A stretch of 64,000 bases of DNA, taken from NCBI GenBank assembly GCA_041740615.1, contig JBGSLR010000038.1, positions 98,169-162,168 of the forward strand, in the 5' to 3' direction. Both the position numbers and the translations under genes were made by a program. How positions within the stretch are numbered: the first letter of the stretch is position 1; every line of letters begins with the position of its first letter. The notes beneath the pieces were generated by a model that worked only from the letters and a program-made list of their open reading frames with translations, was not told the origin of the DNA and ran no database searches. This stretch comes from Desulfobacterales bacterium (lineage in GTDB: Bacteria > Desulfobacterota > Desulfobacteria > Desulfobacterales > SURF-7). Shown here one piece after another: positions 10,411-18,932 of this stretch.

Positions 10411-10498
10411 CCCGCAAGATCAAAATCCGCTCGCAACATGACCACTCAAAATTTGTTGTCGCTTTTCTGGAAAGGGTAGAGAGAAGATTCCCGACTTC

Positions 10499-10534
10499 AA
10501 AAAAGCAACCGGCAGAGCGGTATGCCCTGCCGGT
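10499..10534 (-). terminator. rho-independent terminator, PEP-CTERM copy 1
   Basis: On the minus strand, stem accggcagggc/gctctgccggt (1 mismatch) followed by T6. Homologous to the terminators of copies 2 and 3. Confidence 0.65.
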
Positions 10535-10565
10535 GCTTGGTTTATCGCTGAGAATTGAGGAGGGC

Positions 10566-11054
10566 TCAGCTTTTGAGGGTCTTGCGTCGAATACCGACAA
10601 AACAAATCAATGCGGAACCGAGAAGCCAGGCGCTCTCCGGAATCGGCACGGCCGAGGTGATCGGTCCGTAAACGGAGCTTGCGAGCTTGCCTTTGGCGTC
10701 GAAGGTCATGGTTCCGCTCTGGTTGATGGCGCCATCCAGCACATTGGCCCATTCTATGACAAAGGCGGCCTTATCGGAAAATCGGATCCGGAAATCGCCG
10801 CTGCCGGCACTCAGCTCATTGCCGCTGAAGACCAGGCGATTGGATTCAAAGGTATCCATGGTCCATGACGGCTCCAATTGTTTTTCATCCACGTCCATAA
10901 AGGTAACACTGCCGCTGGTGATGAAGAAATAAACGGCATCTGTAGCATACTCGTTCTGGAAATTCCTCCAAATGGGAGCCGCCGCTGCTGGGGCGGCGAA
11001 CATGATGAGCATCAGCATTGCGCCGATGGTGATATATTTCATTTCTCGTTTCAT
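10566..11054 (-). CDS. PEP-CTERM sorting-domain secreted protein, paralog 1
   Basis: 162 aa. Signal peptide (MLMLIMFAAPAAAAP). C-terminal PEP-CTERM motif VPIPES + TM (AWLLGSALICFVGI) + RRK. Confidence 0.9.
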   Translation of the reverse strand: MKREMKYITIGAMLMLIMFAAPAAAAPIWRNFQNEYATDAVYFFITSGSVTFMDVDEKQLEPSWTMDTFESNRLVFSGNELSAGSGDFRIRFSDKAAFVIEWANVLDGAINQSGTMTFDAKGKLASSVYGPITSAVPIPESAWLLGSALICFVGIRRKTLKS

Positions 11055-11114
11055 TTCGATTTCCTCAAAAGCCGTTTAACGTTGTTGTGGACCTCTCCTC
11101 GCTATAATGATGCA

Positions 11115-11130
11115 GCATTAAACATGCCAG
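11115..11130 (-). promoter_or_regulatory. sigma-54 (-24/-12) promoter, PEP-CTERM copy 1
   Basis: Minus-strand reading is CTGGCAT-GTTTA-ATGCT, versus consensus TGGCAC-N5-TTGCW. About 60 nt upstream of the start codon. Confidence 0.7.
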
Positions 11131-11235
11131 TGATTGCCTCGCAGGATTGTATTGTGCATATAATATGTTATTGGAAGGAAGGCCTTTAGCAAGCAGTCAC
11201 CGTCGCCGTGATTTGTCCGGTTCTCATGACAAAAA

Positions 11236-11252
11236 ATGTCATTCATCGTTCA
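11236..11252. promoter_or_regulatory. conserved palindrome ATGACA-N5-TGTCAT (candidate enhancer-binding-protein UAS), copy 1
   Basis: atgacaaaaaatgtcat lies within a ~38-bp block conserved upstream of all three PEP-CTERM genes, ~115 bp upstream of the -24 element. Confidence 0.6.
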
Positions 11253-11363
11253 TCTGTGAATACCGGAAACCGGTCAATGGCTTCATGGAAGGTATTATGG
11301 TTCGGGGAATGCCGAGAAGGCAATTCTTCCCCTTTTCTATACTCTCACTCCGTCCACCCCCCC

Positions 11364-11400
11364 AAAAAAGCAGCCGGCAGGGCAACATGCCCTGCCGGCT
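11364..11400 (-). terminator. rho-independent terminator, PEP-CTERM copy 2
   Basis: Perfect 12-bp stem agccggcagggc/gccctgccggct with a 5-nt loop, then T6 on the minus strand. Confidence 0.85.
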
Positions 11401-11429
11401 TGGCGTAAAGCTGAAGGATTGAGGAGGGC

Positions 11430-11918
11430 TCAGCTTTTGAGGGTCTTGCGTCGAATACCGACAAAACAGATTAAGGCGGAACCGAGGAGCCAGATGCTTT
11501 CCGGAATCGGCACGGCCGAGGTGATGGGACCGTTCACGGCGCCGATGACCTGACCATTGGTACCGAAGGTAATGGTTCCGCTTTGGCTGATGGCGCTATT
11601 CAGCACTTCCGCCCATTCCATGACAAAGGAATCCTGGTCGGAAAACTGGATTCGGAATTGGCCTCCGTAAGGACTTAAGTCATTCCCGCTGAAGATCAGT
11701 CGGGTCGGCTCGAATGTAGTGGTTGACCAAGTCGGCGCCAAGCTGGTTGCATCTACGTTGTTAAAGGTGACACTGCCGCTGGTTATGAATAAATAGACGG
11801 AATCCGTATTGTATTCGTTCCAGAAATTCATCCAGTAGGGCGCCGCCGAAGCGGAAGCGGCAAACATGGCGAGCATCAGCGCGGTGATGATGGCGATGTT
11901 TTTCATTTTTCGTTTCAT
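11430..11918 (-). CDS. PEP-CTERM sorting-domain secreted protein, paralog 2
   Basis: 162 aa, colinear with paralogs 1 and 3. C-terminus GPITSAVPIPESIWLLGSALICFVGIRRKTLKS. Confidence 0.9.
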   Translation of the reverse strand: MKRKMKNIAIITALMLAMFAASASAAPYWMNFWNEYNTDSVYLFITSGSVTFNNVDATSLAPTWSTTTFEPTRLIFSGNDLSPYGGQFRIQFSDQDSFVMEWAEVLNSAISQSGTITFGTNGQVIGAVNGPITSAVPIPESIWLLGSALICFVGIRRKTLKS

Positions 11919-11979
11919 CTATATTCTCCTCAAAGGCAGTTCAACGTTGCTGTGGATCTCTCCTCACCATATTGATGAA

Positions 11980-11995
11980 GCATCAAATGTGCCAG
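11980..11995 (-). promoter_or_regulatory. sigma-54 (-24/-12) promoter, PEP-CTERM copy 2
   Basis: Minus-strand reading is CTGGCAC-ATTTG-ATGCT, ~60 nt upstream of the start codon. Confidence 0.75.
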
Positions 11996-12091
11996 TGGTC
12001 GCATCGGTATTATTGTGTAATGTATATAATATGTTGTTATAAAAAGGAAGGGCGGCGAGCGATCGTTTTCGCCGTGATTTGTCCGGTTTTC

Positions 12092-12108
12092 ATGACAAAA
12101 ATTGTCAT
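12092..12108. promoter_or_regulatory. conserved palindrome ATGACA-N5-TGTCAT (candidate UAS), copy 2
   Basis: atgacaaaaattgtcat, ~107 bp upstream of the -24 GG. Flanks are conserved (ccgtgatttgtccggtt.tc). Confidence 0.6.
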
Positions 12109-12170
12109 TCAGCTTGCAAGGATCGAGCTGTTGAGACCAATGCATTTCGGGGTGAAAAGCTCAGCTCCCC

Positions 12171-12206
12171 AAAAAGCAGCCGGCAGGGCGACATGCCCTG
12201 CCGGCT
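12171..12206 (-). terminator. rho-independent terminator, PEP-CTERM copy 3
   Basis: Perfect 12-bp stem agccggcagggc/gccctgccggct, then T5 on the minus strand. Confidence 0.85.
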
Positions 12207-12235
12207 TGGCGTAAAGCTGAAGGATTGAGGAGGGT

Positions 12236-12724
12236 TCAGCTTTTGAGGGTCTTGCGTCGAATACCGACGAAACAGATCAAAGCGGAGCCTAAGAGCCAGA
12301 TGCTTTCCGGAATCGGCACGGCCGAGGTGATCGGTCCGTATACGGAGTTTGTAATCTGGCCGTTGGTGCCGAAGGTCAGGGTGCCGCTCTGGTTGATGGC
12401 GCCGCCTAACACTTCCGCCCATTCCATGACAAAGGAATCCCGATCGGAGAACCGGATTCGGAATTCGCCGCTGCCGGGGCTAAGCGTATTGCCGCTGAAA
12501 ACCAGACGATTGGGTTCAAAGATGTCTGTCGACCATGTTGGGGCCAATCGGCTTTCATTCACGTCGTTAAACGTAACGCTGCCGCTGGTGATGAATAAAT
12601 AAACGGAATCCGTAGTGAATTCGTTAAAGAAAGTCATCCAGTAGGGCGCCGCCGAAGCGGAAGCGGTAAATATGGTGAGTATCAATGTGGTCATGATGGC
12701 GATGTTTTTCATTTTTCGTTTCAT
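12236..12724 (-). CDS. PEP-CTERM sorting-domain secreted protein, paralog 3
   Basis: Start placed at ATG 12724 (MKRKMKNIAIMTT), by alignment with paralogs and a GAGGAG RBS. The 231-aa track ORF is an upstream read-through artefact. Confidence 0.88.
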   Translation of the reverse strand: MKRKMKNIAIMTTLILTIFTASASAAPYWMTFFNEFTTDSVYLFITSGSVTFNDVNESRLAPTWSTDIFEPNRLVFSGNTLSPGSGEFRIRFSDRDSFVMEWAEVLGGAINQSGTLTFGTNGQITNSVYGPITSAVPIPESIWLLGSALICFVGIRRKTLKS

Positions 12725-12784
12725 TCTGGTTCTCCTCAAAAGCGATTCAATTCGCTGTGGATTGCTTTTTGACATAAATACAAA

Positions 12785-12800
12785 GCAACAAATATGCCAG
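12785..12800 (-). promoter_or_regulatory. sigma-54 (-24/-12) promoter, PEP-CTERM copy 3
   Basis: Minus-strand reading is CTGGCAT-ATTTG-TTGCT, the best match of the three. About 60 nt upstream of ATG 12724. Confidence 0.8.
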
Positions 12801-12895
12801 AAGTGGGACGTCGCAATTATGTAATATATAAAGCAGGTTATTTGAAAACAAATTGTCGTCGGTCGGCTGTTGCTGCCGTGGATTGTCCGGTTTTT

Positions 12896-12912
12896 ATGAC
12901 AAAAATTGTCAT
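12896..12912. promoter_or_regulatory. conserved palindrome ATGACA-N5-TGTCAT (candidate UAS), copy 3
   Basis: atgacaaaaattgtcat, ~106 bp upstream of the -24 GG. Confidence 0.6.
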
Positions 12913-13000
12913 CGACCTCGCAACATTTCAAGATATTGAAATCACTTGAGGCGTTGCGGCTTGTCTGCTATGGTGCCCGGGATGATGGGCAGAAATTCCA

Positions 13001-14182
13001 ATGCGAGGTAGTCGCTTGTTTTTTTCAGATACCCGAGTCGAAATAGACCTGAGAAGGATTGCCAGCAATGTCATGCTGCTGCGAAAAATCATCCTGCCCC
13101 AGACAAGACTGATGGCGGTTGTCAAAGCTGATGCCTACGGCCATGGGGCGACTGCCGTGGCCAGGTGCGCCCTCGAAAACGGGGCCGATACCTTGGGGGT
13201 CGCCAGACTCCAGGAGGCCATGGTACTTCGGGAAGCGGGGGTGACTGCGCCGATTCTGATATTTGGACATACTTCGCCCGAGGTTGTTGAAAAATTGATC
13301 CACTGCGAGTTGATCCAGACCGTTTTTGATATCCGCGATGCGTTTGCATATGATCGTGCCGCTCGTTTGCTGGGAAAAAAGCTGCCGATTCATCTCAAGA
13401 TCGATACCGGCATGGGCCGCCTGGGATTTGGGGGCGTTTTCTCCCGGGATGAAATCAACAGAGAGGTGCCCGAATGCGCGCTTCTTTCCGCAATTGAGAC
13501 CGTTATTCGTCTTCCGAATTTGGCCGTCGACGGGATTTATACCCATTTTGCGGCCGCTGATGAGGCGGACAAGTCCGGGGCCCGATGTCAATTGGAACGT
13601 TTTGTATTGTTGATCCAACGGTTGGCAAGCCGGGGAATTGAATTTCCCGTCAAGCACGCCGCCAACAGCGCCGCCATTATTGATTTGCCGGATAGTCATC
13701 TGGATATGGTACGGGCGGGAATCGCATTATACGGCCTGTATCCTTCCGACCAGGTGGATAAGCGGGTCATATCGCTCTTGCCGGCCATGACGTTCCGATC
13801 CCGGATTATTCAAACCAAGAATGTTCCCGCCGGATTCCGGGTCAGCTATGGGGGAGATTATGTCGCCCCCGCAGCCACCCAAATCGCTACGGTGCCGGTG
13901 GGTTATGCGGATGGTTTAAACAGGAGGCTTTCCTCGCGCGGTCGTATGTTGGTGCATGGTCAACGGGCGCCCATCGCCGGACGGGTCTGTATGGATCTGA
14001 CCATGCTCGATGTGGGGCACATTCCGGATGTGAGTCCTGGAGATGACGTGGTCATTTTCGGCAGCCAGGGTGACGTGACCATCACAGCGGATGAGGTGGC
14101 GACGTCCCTGGATACAATCAACTACGAAATCGTTTCCACCATCGCTCATCGGGTTCCGCGTGTTTATTTGCGCATGGAATAA
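13001..14182 (+). CDS. alr: alanine racemase
   Basis: PLP-lysine motif AVVKADAYGHG. Mid-region YTHFA and C-terminal ...GYADG...VCMD...NYEI pattern. 393 aa. Confidence 0.93.
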   Translation: MRGSRLFFSDTRVEIDLRRIASNVMLLRKIILPQTRLMAVVKADAYGHGATAVARCALENGADTLGVARLQEAMVLREAGVTAPILIFGHTSPEVVEKLIHCELIQTVFDIRDAFAYDRAARLLGKKLPIHLKIDTGMGRLGFGGVFSRDEINREVPECALLSAIETVIRLPNLAVDGIYTHFAAADEADKSGARCQLERFVLLIQRLASRGIEFPVKHAANSAAIIDLPDSHLDMVRAGIALYGLYPSDQVDKRVISLLPAMTFRSRIIQTKNVPAGFRVSYGGDYVAPAATQIATVPVGYADGLNRRLSSRGRMLVHGQRAPIAGRVCMDLTMLDVGHIPDVSPGDDVVIFGSQGDVTITADEVATSLDTINYEIVSTIAHRVPRVYLRME

Positions 14183-14880
14183 TATTGGTTTTTTATTTTC
14201 TGAAAATACGGTTTTATGATTTTGATCAAGTCGCCTAACTCGGGCAACAACCTTCCCGTGTAGTCATAACAATTAAAAAATAGAAAATAAGTAGGGACGG
14301 CGGCAACAACTGCGATCCCTTTCCAACTGGAAAAACCGTAATCTGTATATAGATCGTACGCAACCACCGCTGTCAAGGCCGGACCCCAGAGCAAGAGTTT
14401 GCCCATAAATCCTCGGGATAGATATAGATAGCGGTTTATATGAAAAAAACGGCCGATAGCGCCCAGCGATAGGCAGATAAAAAAAGCCGAAAGCGTCGCA
14501 TCACCGGCGAGATAGTAAGCTTCATAGTCAAAAATTTCGTTTATAATGTCAACTCGCTGAGGGAAATATTCGACATATTTCTGACCCGTAAGGGTATGAA
14601 TATACAGCTCCCACAGTACATAAGCGACATACAACAGCAGGGTGCTGAAAAGCCAGACGGTTATCGCTAACATCGCCGCTTCGGCGGCCATACTGGTGAA
14701 TCTGCGAAAATAAATAATCGCGTTATGGTTTATTGAAAAAAACTGCCTGGCACCCAAGAACCGATCCACCCTGATTTCAATATTCAATAGTCGCCGAATC
14801 CCTTCCAACATGGCCTCAAGATCCGATTTCGGCTTTCGCATATATTTTCTATTATAATCCGGCGGCACACTTCTCACCAT
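14164..14880 (-). CDS. hypothetical polytopic membrane protein (no recognisable family)
   Basis: 238 aa with ~5 hydrophobic segments, rich in Y/F/I. Visibly more AT-rich than its flanks. Its 3' end overlaps the alr 3' end by 19 nt. Confidence 0.55.
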   Translation of the reverse strand: MVRSVPPDYNRKYMRKPKSDLEAMLEGIRRLLNIEIRVDRFLGARQFFSINHNAIIYFRRFTSMAAEAAMLAITVWLFSTLLLYVAYVLWELYIHTLTGQKYVEYFPQRVDIINEIFDYEAYYLAGDATLSAFFICLSLGAIGRFFHINRYLYLSRGFMGKLLLWGPALTAVVAYDLYTDYGFSSWKGIAVVAAVPTYFLFFNCYDYTGRLLPELGDLIKIIKPYFQKIKNQYYSMRK

Positions 14881-15018
14881 TTATGAGTTGTTCAAAATTT
14901 AAAACGGAAGGAAATAAACAACGAAAACGAACAGCTGTCGTTCAGGAAAGTGGACGAAACATATAAGTACAACTACCTCGGTGAGTCAAGATAAATTCAT
15001 AGCGGGGCGGCAGTGCCG

Positions 15019-15858
15019 TTAGTCTTCCGTCTTCAACTTGTTATTCTCTAATGGTGTGATCGTTACATACTCCGAAAATTCCGTTCGAATGACCTCATAC
15101 AATTCCTCGCCGATGGATAATCCGGTGTCGATGAATTGGGGACCGTATATTTTCCCGGTTTCCGTTCGGAAGGTGTTTTTGATGTTGGCCAGCCCTTTTA
15201 TACCTTTGGGGTACAGGCTGAAGAACGCGGGGAGGGGGGTTTTGGAGATCATCAGCATGTCCCAGACCGTATGGGTGAAATTGTCCGGTCCCCAGCGGAA
15301 TTTGTCGGCGTCGTAAAGACAATCGGAAATCAACGCCCCTTGGGGGGTGTTGATTTCCACCGGGCACTTGAAGGCTTCATGGTTGCAAATGGCGTTGGCG
15401 ATGTCATCGATTTCATCCATCCTGAAAAAGGAATAGGTCTTCAAGGTTTCTCTGGCGAGTAGGGCCCCTTTTTCCGCATGGGACGGCTGGTCTCGTTTGA
15501 TATCATGAAGCAATCCGGAACACTGAGCCAGCAACACCCTTCGGTTGATTTCCTGTTTCGAGGACCCGTTCCGTTCCCCTTCGATAATCACCAGTGAACC
15601 GGCGTCAAGGGTTACCTTAACGGCGTGATCCAGCCCGTGTCCCAGGTTTTCGCCGATACTGCCGGCAACAAAGTCCTTTATTTCAAGGATAATCGGGTTG
15701 GTCTGAAAAATATGATGGGATTGTTCCACCGCCAGCGGGAAATCGGTGTAGAACGGTTGCGCCGGAAAGCGGGCCACAATTTGTCGGGCACGGTCGCGAA
15801 TCAGTCTGTAAATTTCGTTCATGCTCTTAAAAATATCATGGGGTGAGCCGGGAGACAA
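15019..15858 (-). CDS. HD-domain phosphohydrolase family protein
   Basis: H...HD...D pattern (GHGLDHAVKV, GLLHDIKRD, CNHEA, YDADKF). 279 aa. Confidence 0.7.
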   Translation of the reverse strand: MSPGSPHDIFKSMNEIYRLIRDRARQIVARFPAQPFYTDFPLAVEQSHHIFQTNPIILEIKDFVAGSIGENLGHGLDHAVKVTLDAGSLVIIEGERNGSSKQEINRRVLLAQCSGLLHDIKRDQPSHAEKGALLARETLKTYSFFRMDEIDDIANAICNHEAFKCPVEINTPQGALISDCLYDADKFRWGPDNFTHTVWDMLMISKTPLPAFFSLYPKGIKGLANIKNTFRTETGKIYGPQFIDTGLSIGEELYEVIRTEFSEYVTITPLENNKLKTED

Positions 15859-15941
15859 GTACTATTCAGACCGGTCAGATGGTGAAACGGAAGGCGAAAG
15901 CGGGACAGGAACAACATGCAGGCGTCATCGTGATAACCGTT

Positions 15942-17237
15942 TTACTCCAGTCGCGCTTGAATCAATTTCAGGTTGGCCTCCAGCAGCTGCATGGTTTTAT
16001 TCATGAGAAATTCTTTCAGGAATTTCACTTGGATGGTATCCCCGGCCTGCTTCAATACGTTTGCGTTCAGGGCCATTACGACACAGTCGGTTTCGGCTTT
16101 CAGTCTGGCCTTGCGTGGCATGCTGTGGATGATAGCGGATTCACCGAAACAGTCTCCTGCTTTGAGAAGCTTTTTTTCGTCGTTCAGATGGATGCTCGCC
16201 TTTCCCAGTATTAGAATATAGATGTTGCGATCATTTTCCGTTTCTTCGACAATCCAGGATTGTTCCGGATAAAATCCCCAGGAAGATATCCGGAGCACTT
16301 CCTGGAGATCGGCGGCCTGAAAATGCCGGAACAGCAACAGACGTTTCAAATAGGTAATTTTTTTTTGATCCTGTCGGTCCAGAATGATGGAGTCCCGGCC
16401 TTTGATAAAGGGCAGCAGGGCTTCGGCAAAGGCTTTTGCCGTAGGAAAGCGTTCGTTCGGTTCCTTTTTCAGGGCTTTGCGGATTACGCCGTCCAGGTCT
16501 GGTGAAATATCCGGCACAATGGTTCCCAATGCCGGCGGTTCTTGGTGCATGATCTGGTACAGAATTTGAAAAGCGCCTTCCCCTTCAAACGGCCGATGAC
16601 CGCTGAGCAACTGATAGGCCGCCACCCCCAGGGAGAAGATATCCGATCGGCAGGACAAGTCCGCGCCCGGGATGGTCTGCTCCGGCGACATGTAATACAG
16701 GGAGCCGGAAACGGACTCGCTGTCCGGTGCCCCTTCTTTCAATAGCCGGGAAATACCGAAATCCATGAGCTTCACATCACCCGTATGGGTGATCATGATG
16801 TTCGAAGGTTTGATGTCAAGATGGACGTACCCCTTTGAATGGATGTATTCCAGCGCATAACAGGTGCTGTATAAGGCCTCGAGTACCTGAAGCCGGGGGA
16901 GCAGTTCCCCCGGCCGAACATGTGCATGTAATCCCGCGCCTTCAATGCATTCCATGGCCATGTAAAAAAGGTCGTTTTCAAAGCCCGCGTCATAGGTGAT
17001 GGCGATATTCGGATGGACAAACTGCGCCGCCAGTCGCGCTTCCTTGAGGCATTTGCCGCGCTGATCGTCATCCTTGCCCTCGATCCCCATCGCCTTCGGC
17101 TTGATCACCTTCAAGGCAACCTGCCGCTCCAATACCGGATCAAAGGCCTTGTAAACCGTTCCGAAGCCTCCTTTCCCCAGTGATGCGACAAGCTGGTACC
17201 GGCCAATGGTTTTCGGGGGTTGTCCTTTGTCGATCAT
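15942..17237 (-). CDS. Ser/Thr protein kinase fused to a C-terminal cyclic-nucleotide-binding (cNMP) domain
   Basis: Hanks kinase motifs GKGGFGTVYKA, ALK, HLDIKPSNIM, DFG, SPE. C-terminal ~120 aa has a cNMP-binding pattern (IYILILGKASIHL...KAGDCFGESAII...RKARLKA). Confidence 0.85.
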   Translation of the reverse strand: MIDKGQPPKTIGRYQLVASLGKGGFGTVYKAFDPVLERQVALKVIKPKAMGIEGKDDDQRGKCLKEARLAAQFVHPNIAITYDAGFENDLFYMAMECIEGAGLHAHVRPGELLPRLQVLEALYSTCYALEYIHSKGYVHLDIKPSNIMITHTGDVKLMDFGISRLLKEGAPDSESVSGSLYYMSPEQTIPGADLSCRSDIFSLGVAAYQLLSGHRPFEGEGAFQILYQIMHQEPPALGTIVPDISPDLDGVIRKALKKEPNERFPTAKAFAEALLPFIKGRDSIILDRQDQKKITYLKRLLLFRHFQAADLQEVLRISSWGFYPEQSWIVEETENDRNIYILILGKASIHLNDEKKLLKAGDCFGESAIIHSMPRKARLKAETDCVVMALNANVLKQAGDTIQVKFLKEFLMNKTMQLLEANLKLIQARLE

Positions 17238-17316
17238 TGTTCTTTTTCCGGATTTTTTCTGGTGTCCTTGATCGCCATTATCAGGAAACCGTTCTTTGCT
17301 GCCGCGAAAAGATAAA

Positions 17317-18729
17317 TCAGAAATGATATCCGACGGTCATGCCGAAGCCCCAGATGCTTCCACCGGCTTTCAATGCGACCGGGGAGCCGCCATAGGACTC
17401 GTTCAAGGATTCGCTTTCGCCGCCCAGAATCCGGTCTTTTTCCGTTACCGTATATTGGACCGCTCCATCCAATGTCCAGTTTTTCAGACGCAGTCCGGCG
17501 CCAACGGAATAGGTCTTCTTATCCGCATCCGCCCAAAGGGTGTCGAAGGTGTCGTCGGGCACCGGTGTCGGATCATAGAAATATCCGCAACGCAGGCTCA
17601 GCATGTCGGTGGTTTGCCATTCCAGACCCATTCTCAGCTGGGTGGTGTCGTGCCAGGAACGCTTTTTCTCGGCGCTGGATTGGCCGAGGAAAAGTTTATC
17701 GAAATACGTCGTTTCATGTTCCACGATACTCCAGTTGGTCCAGACCACATCCAGTTCGTAGGACACTTTTTCCGTCAGCATATATCGGACGCCGAGCTGA
17801 ATCTGATCCGGTGCATCCAGATCTTTCACGGTGCCGGTAGCAGTGCTTTGAATTCCCAGTGGCGCTAAGGCTGTCAGGGCAGCCATCTGGGTGGCGTTTC
17901 CCTTGTATTCCACATCCCCTTCCAGGTCGGTGGTGGCCTTACTGCGGTAGGTCAGTCCGAGGGTCAAGTCGTCAACCGGCCGGTACATTACGCCCAAGTT
18001 TACGGAATAGTTGAAATCATCCTTCAGATCCGCTTCGATGGAACCATCGGCCAGTGCTTGAGCGGCTCCCATGGCTGCCGCAATTGTGGCGGGTGGGGCT
18101 CCTATCATCGTCAGCTTTTGGCCGATCCCGGCGGCAAGCATATTGGCATTGGCCTGGGACAGTTTGTACTTGGCGCCCACAGCCGATTGCCCCAAGGCCA
18201 CTCCGAGGCCCACCGATAATCTGTCATTGACTTGATAGGCAACCGTTGGTGTGGCCGCGATTCTGGCATACCAGGATTCATAGGAATCATAGGCCCCGGG
18301 ATTTCGATCCGTGTCTTGGGGCCACTCCAGTTTAAGTCCGAAGGGGGTGTAAATCGCAGCTCCCAGTACGAATTTCCCGGCAATGGGCACGGCAAACCCC
18401 GCGTGCGGGTCAAACAGAACCGGCGCATCATCCGATATGTTCGCGGGTCCCAACTGCCCTGTTCCCAAGGTCGGATTGGCGGACACAGTGTATCCACGCG
18501 CCGTCAATTTGGGATCGATGGCAGTTATCCCCGCCGATATGGAGGCCCCCTTCAGCTGCATCAACCCGGCGGGATTGTAATGGACGGCGAATACGTTGTC
18601 GGCGGTTGCGGCAAAGGCTCCGCCCAAGGCCGTGGCTTTTGCTCCGATACCGTAGGTATCCACATTGCCGGCGTATCCATTGCCAACCATCATGACCGAA
18701 AACAACAGGAAAATGATCGCCTTTTTCAT
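17317..18729 (-). CDS. outer-membrane transport protein, OMPP1/FadL/TodX family
   Basis: AGGAGG RBS before ATG 18729. Signal peptide (..GNGYA). N-terminal G.GA.A.ALGGAF.A.ADN..A..YNPAGL FadL-type hatch motif. C-terminal F. Confidence 0.8.
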   Translation of the reverse strand: MKKAIIFLLFSVMMVGNGYAGNVDTYGIGAKATALGGAFAATADNVFAVHYNPAGLMQLKGASISAGITAIDPKLTARGYTVSANPTLGTGQLGPANISDDAPVLFDPHAGFAVPIAGKFVLGAAIYTPFGLKLEWPQDTDRNPGAYDSYESWYARIAATPTVAYQVNDRLSVGLGVALGQSAVGAKYKLSQANANMLAAGIGQKLTMIGAPPATIAAAMGAAQALADGSIEADLKDDFNYSVNLGVMYRPVDDLTLGLTYRSKATTDLEGDVEYKGNATQMAALTALAPLGIQSTATGTVKDLDAPDQIQLGVRYMLTEKVSYELDVVWTNWSIVEHETTYFDKLFLGQSSAEKKRSWHDTTQLRMGLEWQTTDMLSLRCGYFYDPTPVPDDTFDTLWADADKKTYSVGAGLRLKNWTLDGAVQYTVTEKDRILGGESESLNESYGGSPVALKAGGSIWGFGMTVGYHF

Positions 18730-18932
18730 AATGATCCTCCTTTTTGGAAAATGCATGACGATGAGAATGACCGAAGACTGATGGTGTTGGGGGTCAATGT
18801 AAAATGGAACAACAAGGAAATTTCCGGTCAAAAAGGAAGTGAGAAAGGACTACAAACTGGTTTCCTTCCGGATCCGGAATATAGATGGACATTACTATAA
18901 CGCAACTGCGGATCGATATCAATATTTATTGT

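Larger units (their letters stand above)
10499..12912 (-). repeat. tandem triplication (~0.8-0.86 kb unit): UAS + sigma-54 promoter + PEP-CTERM gene + terminator
   Basis: Stop codons at 10566, 11430 and 12236. Coding and flanking regulatory blocks align between the three units. Confidence 0.85.

Noticed and set aside
12725-12931. 69-aa N-terminal extension of the third PEP-CTERM ORF in the ORF track
   Set aside because: The extension runs through the sigma-54 promoter and the UAS. The paralogs and the RBS support the internal ATG at 12724.
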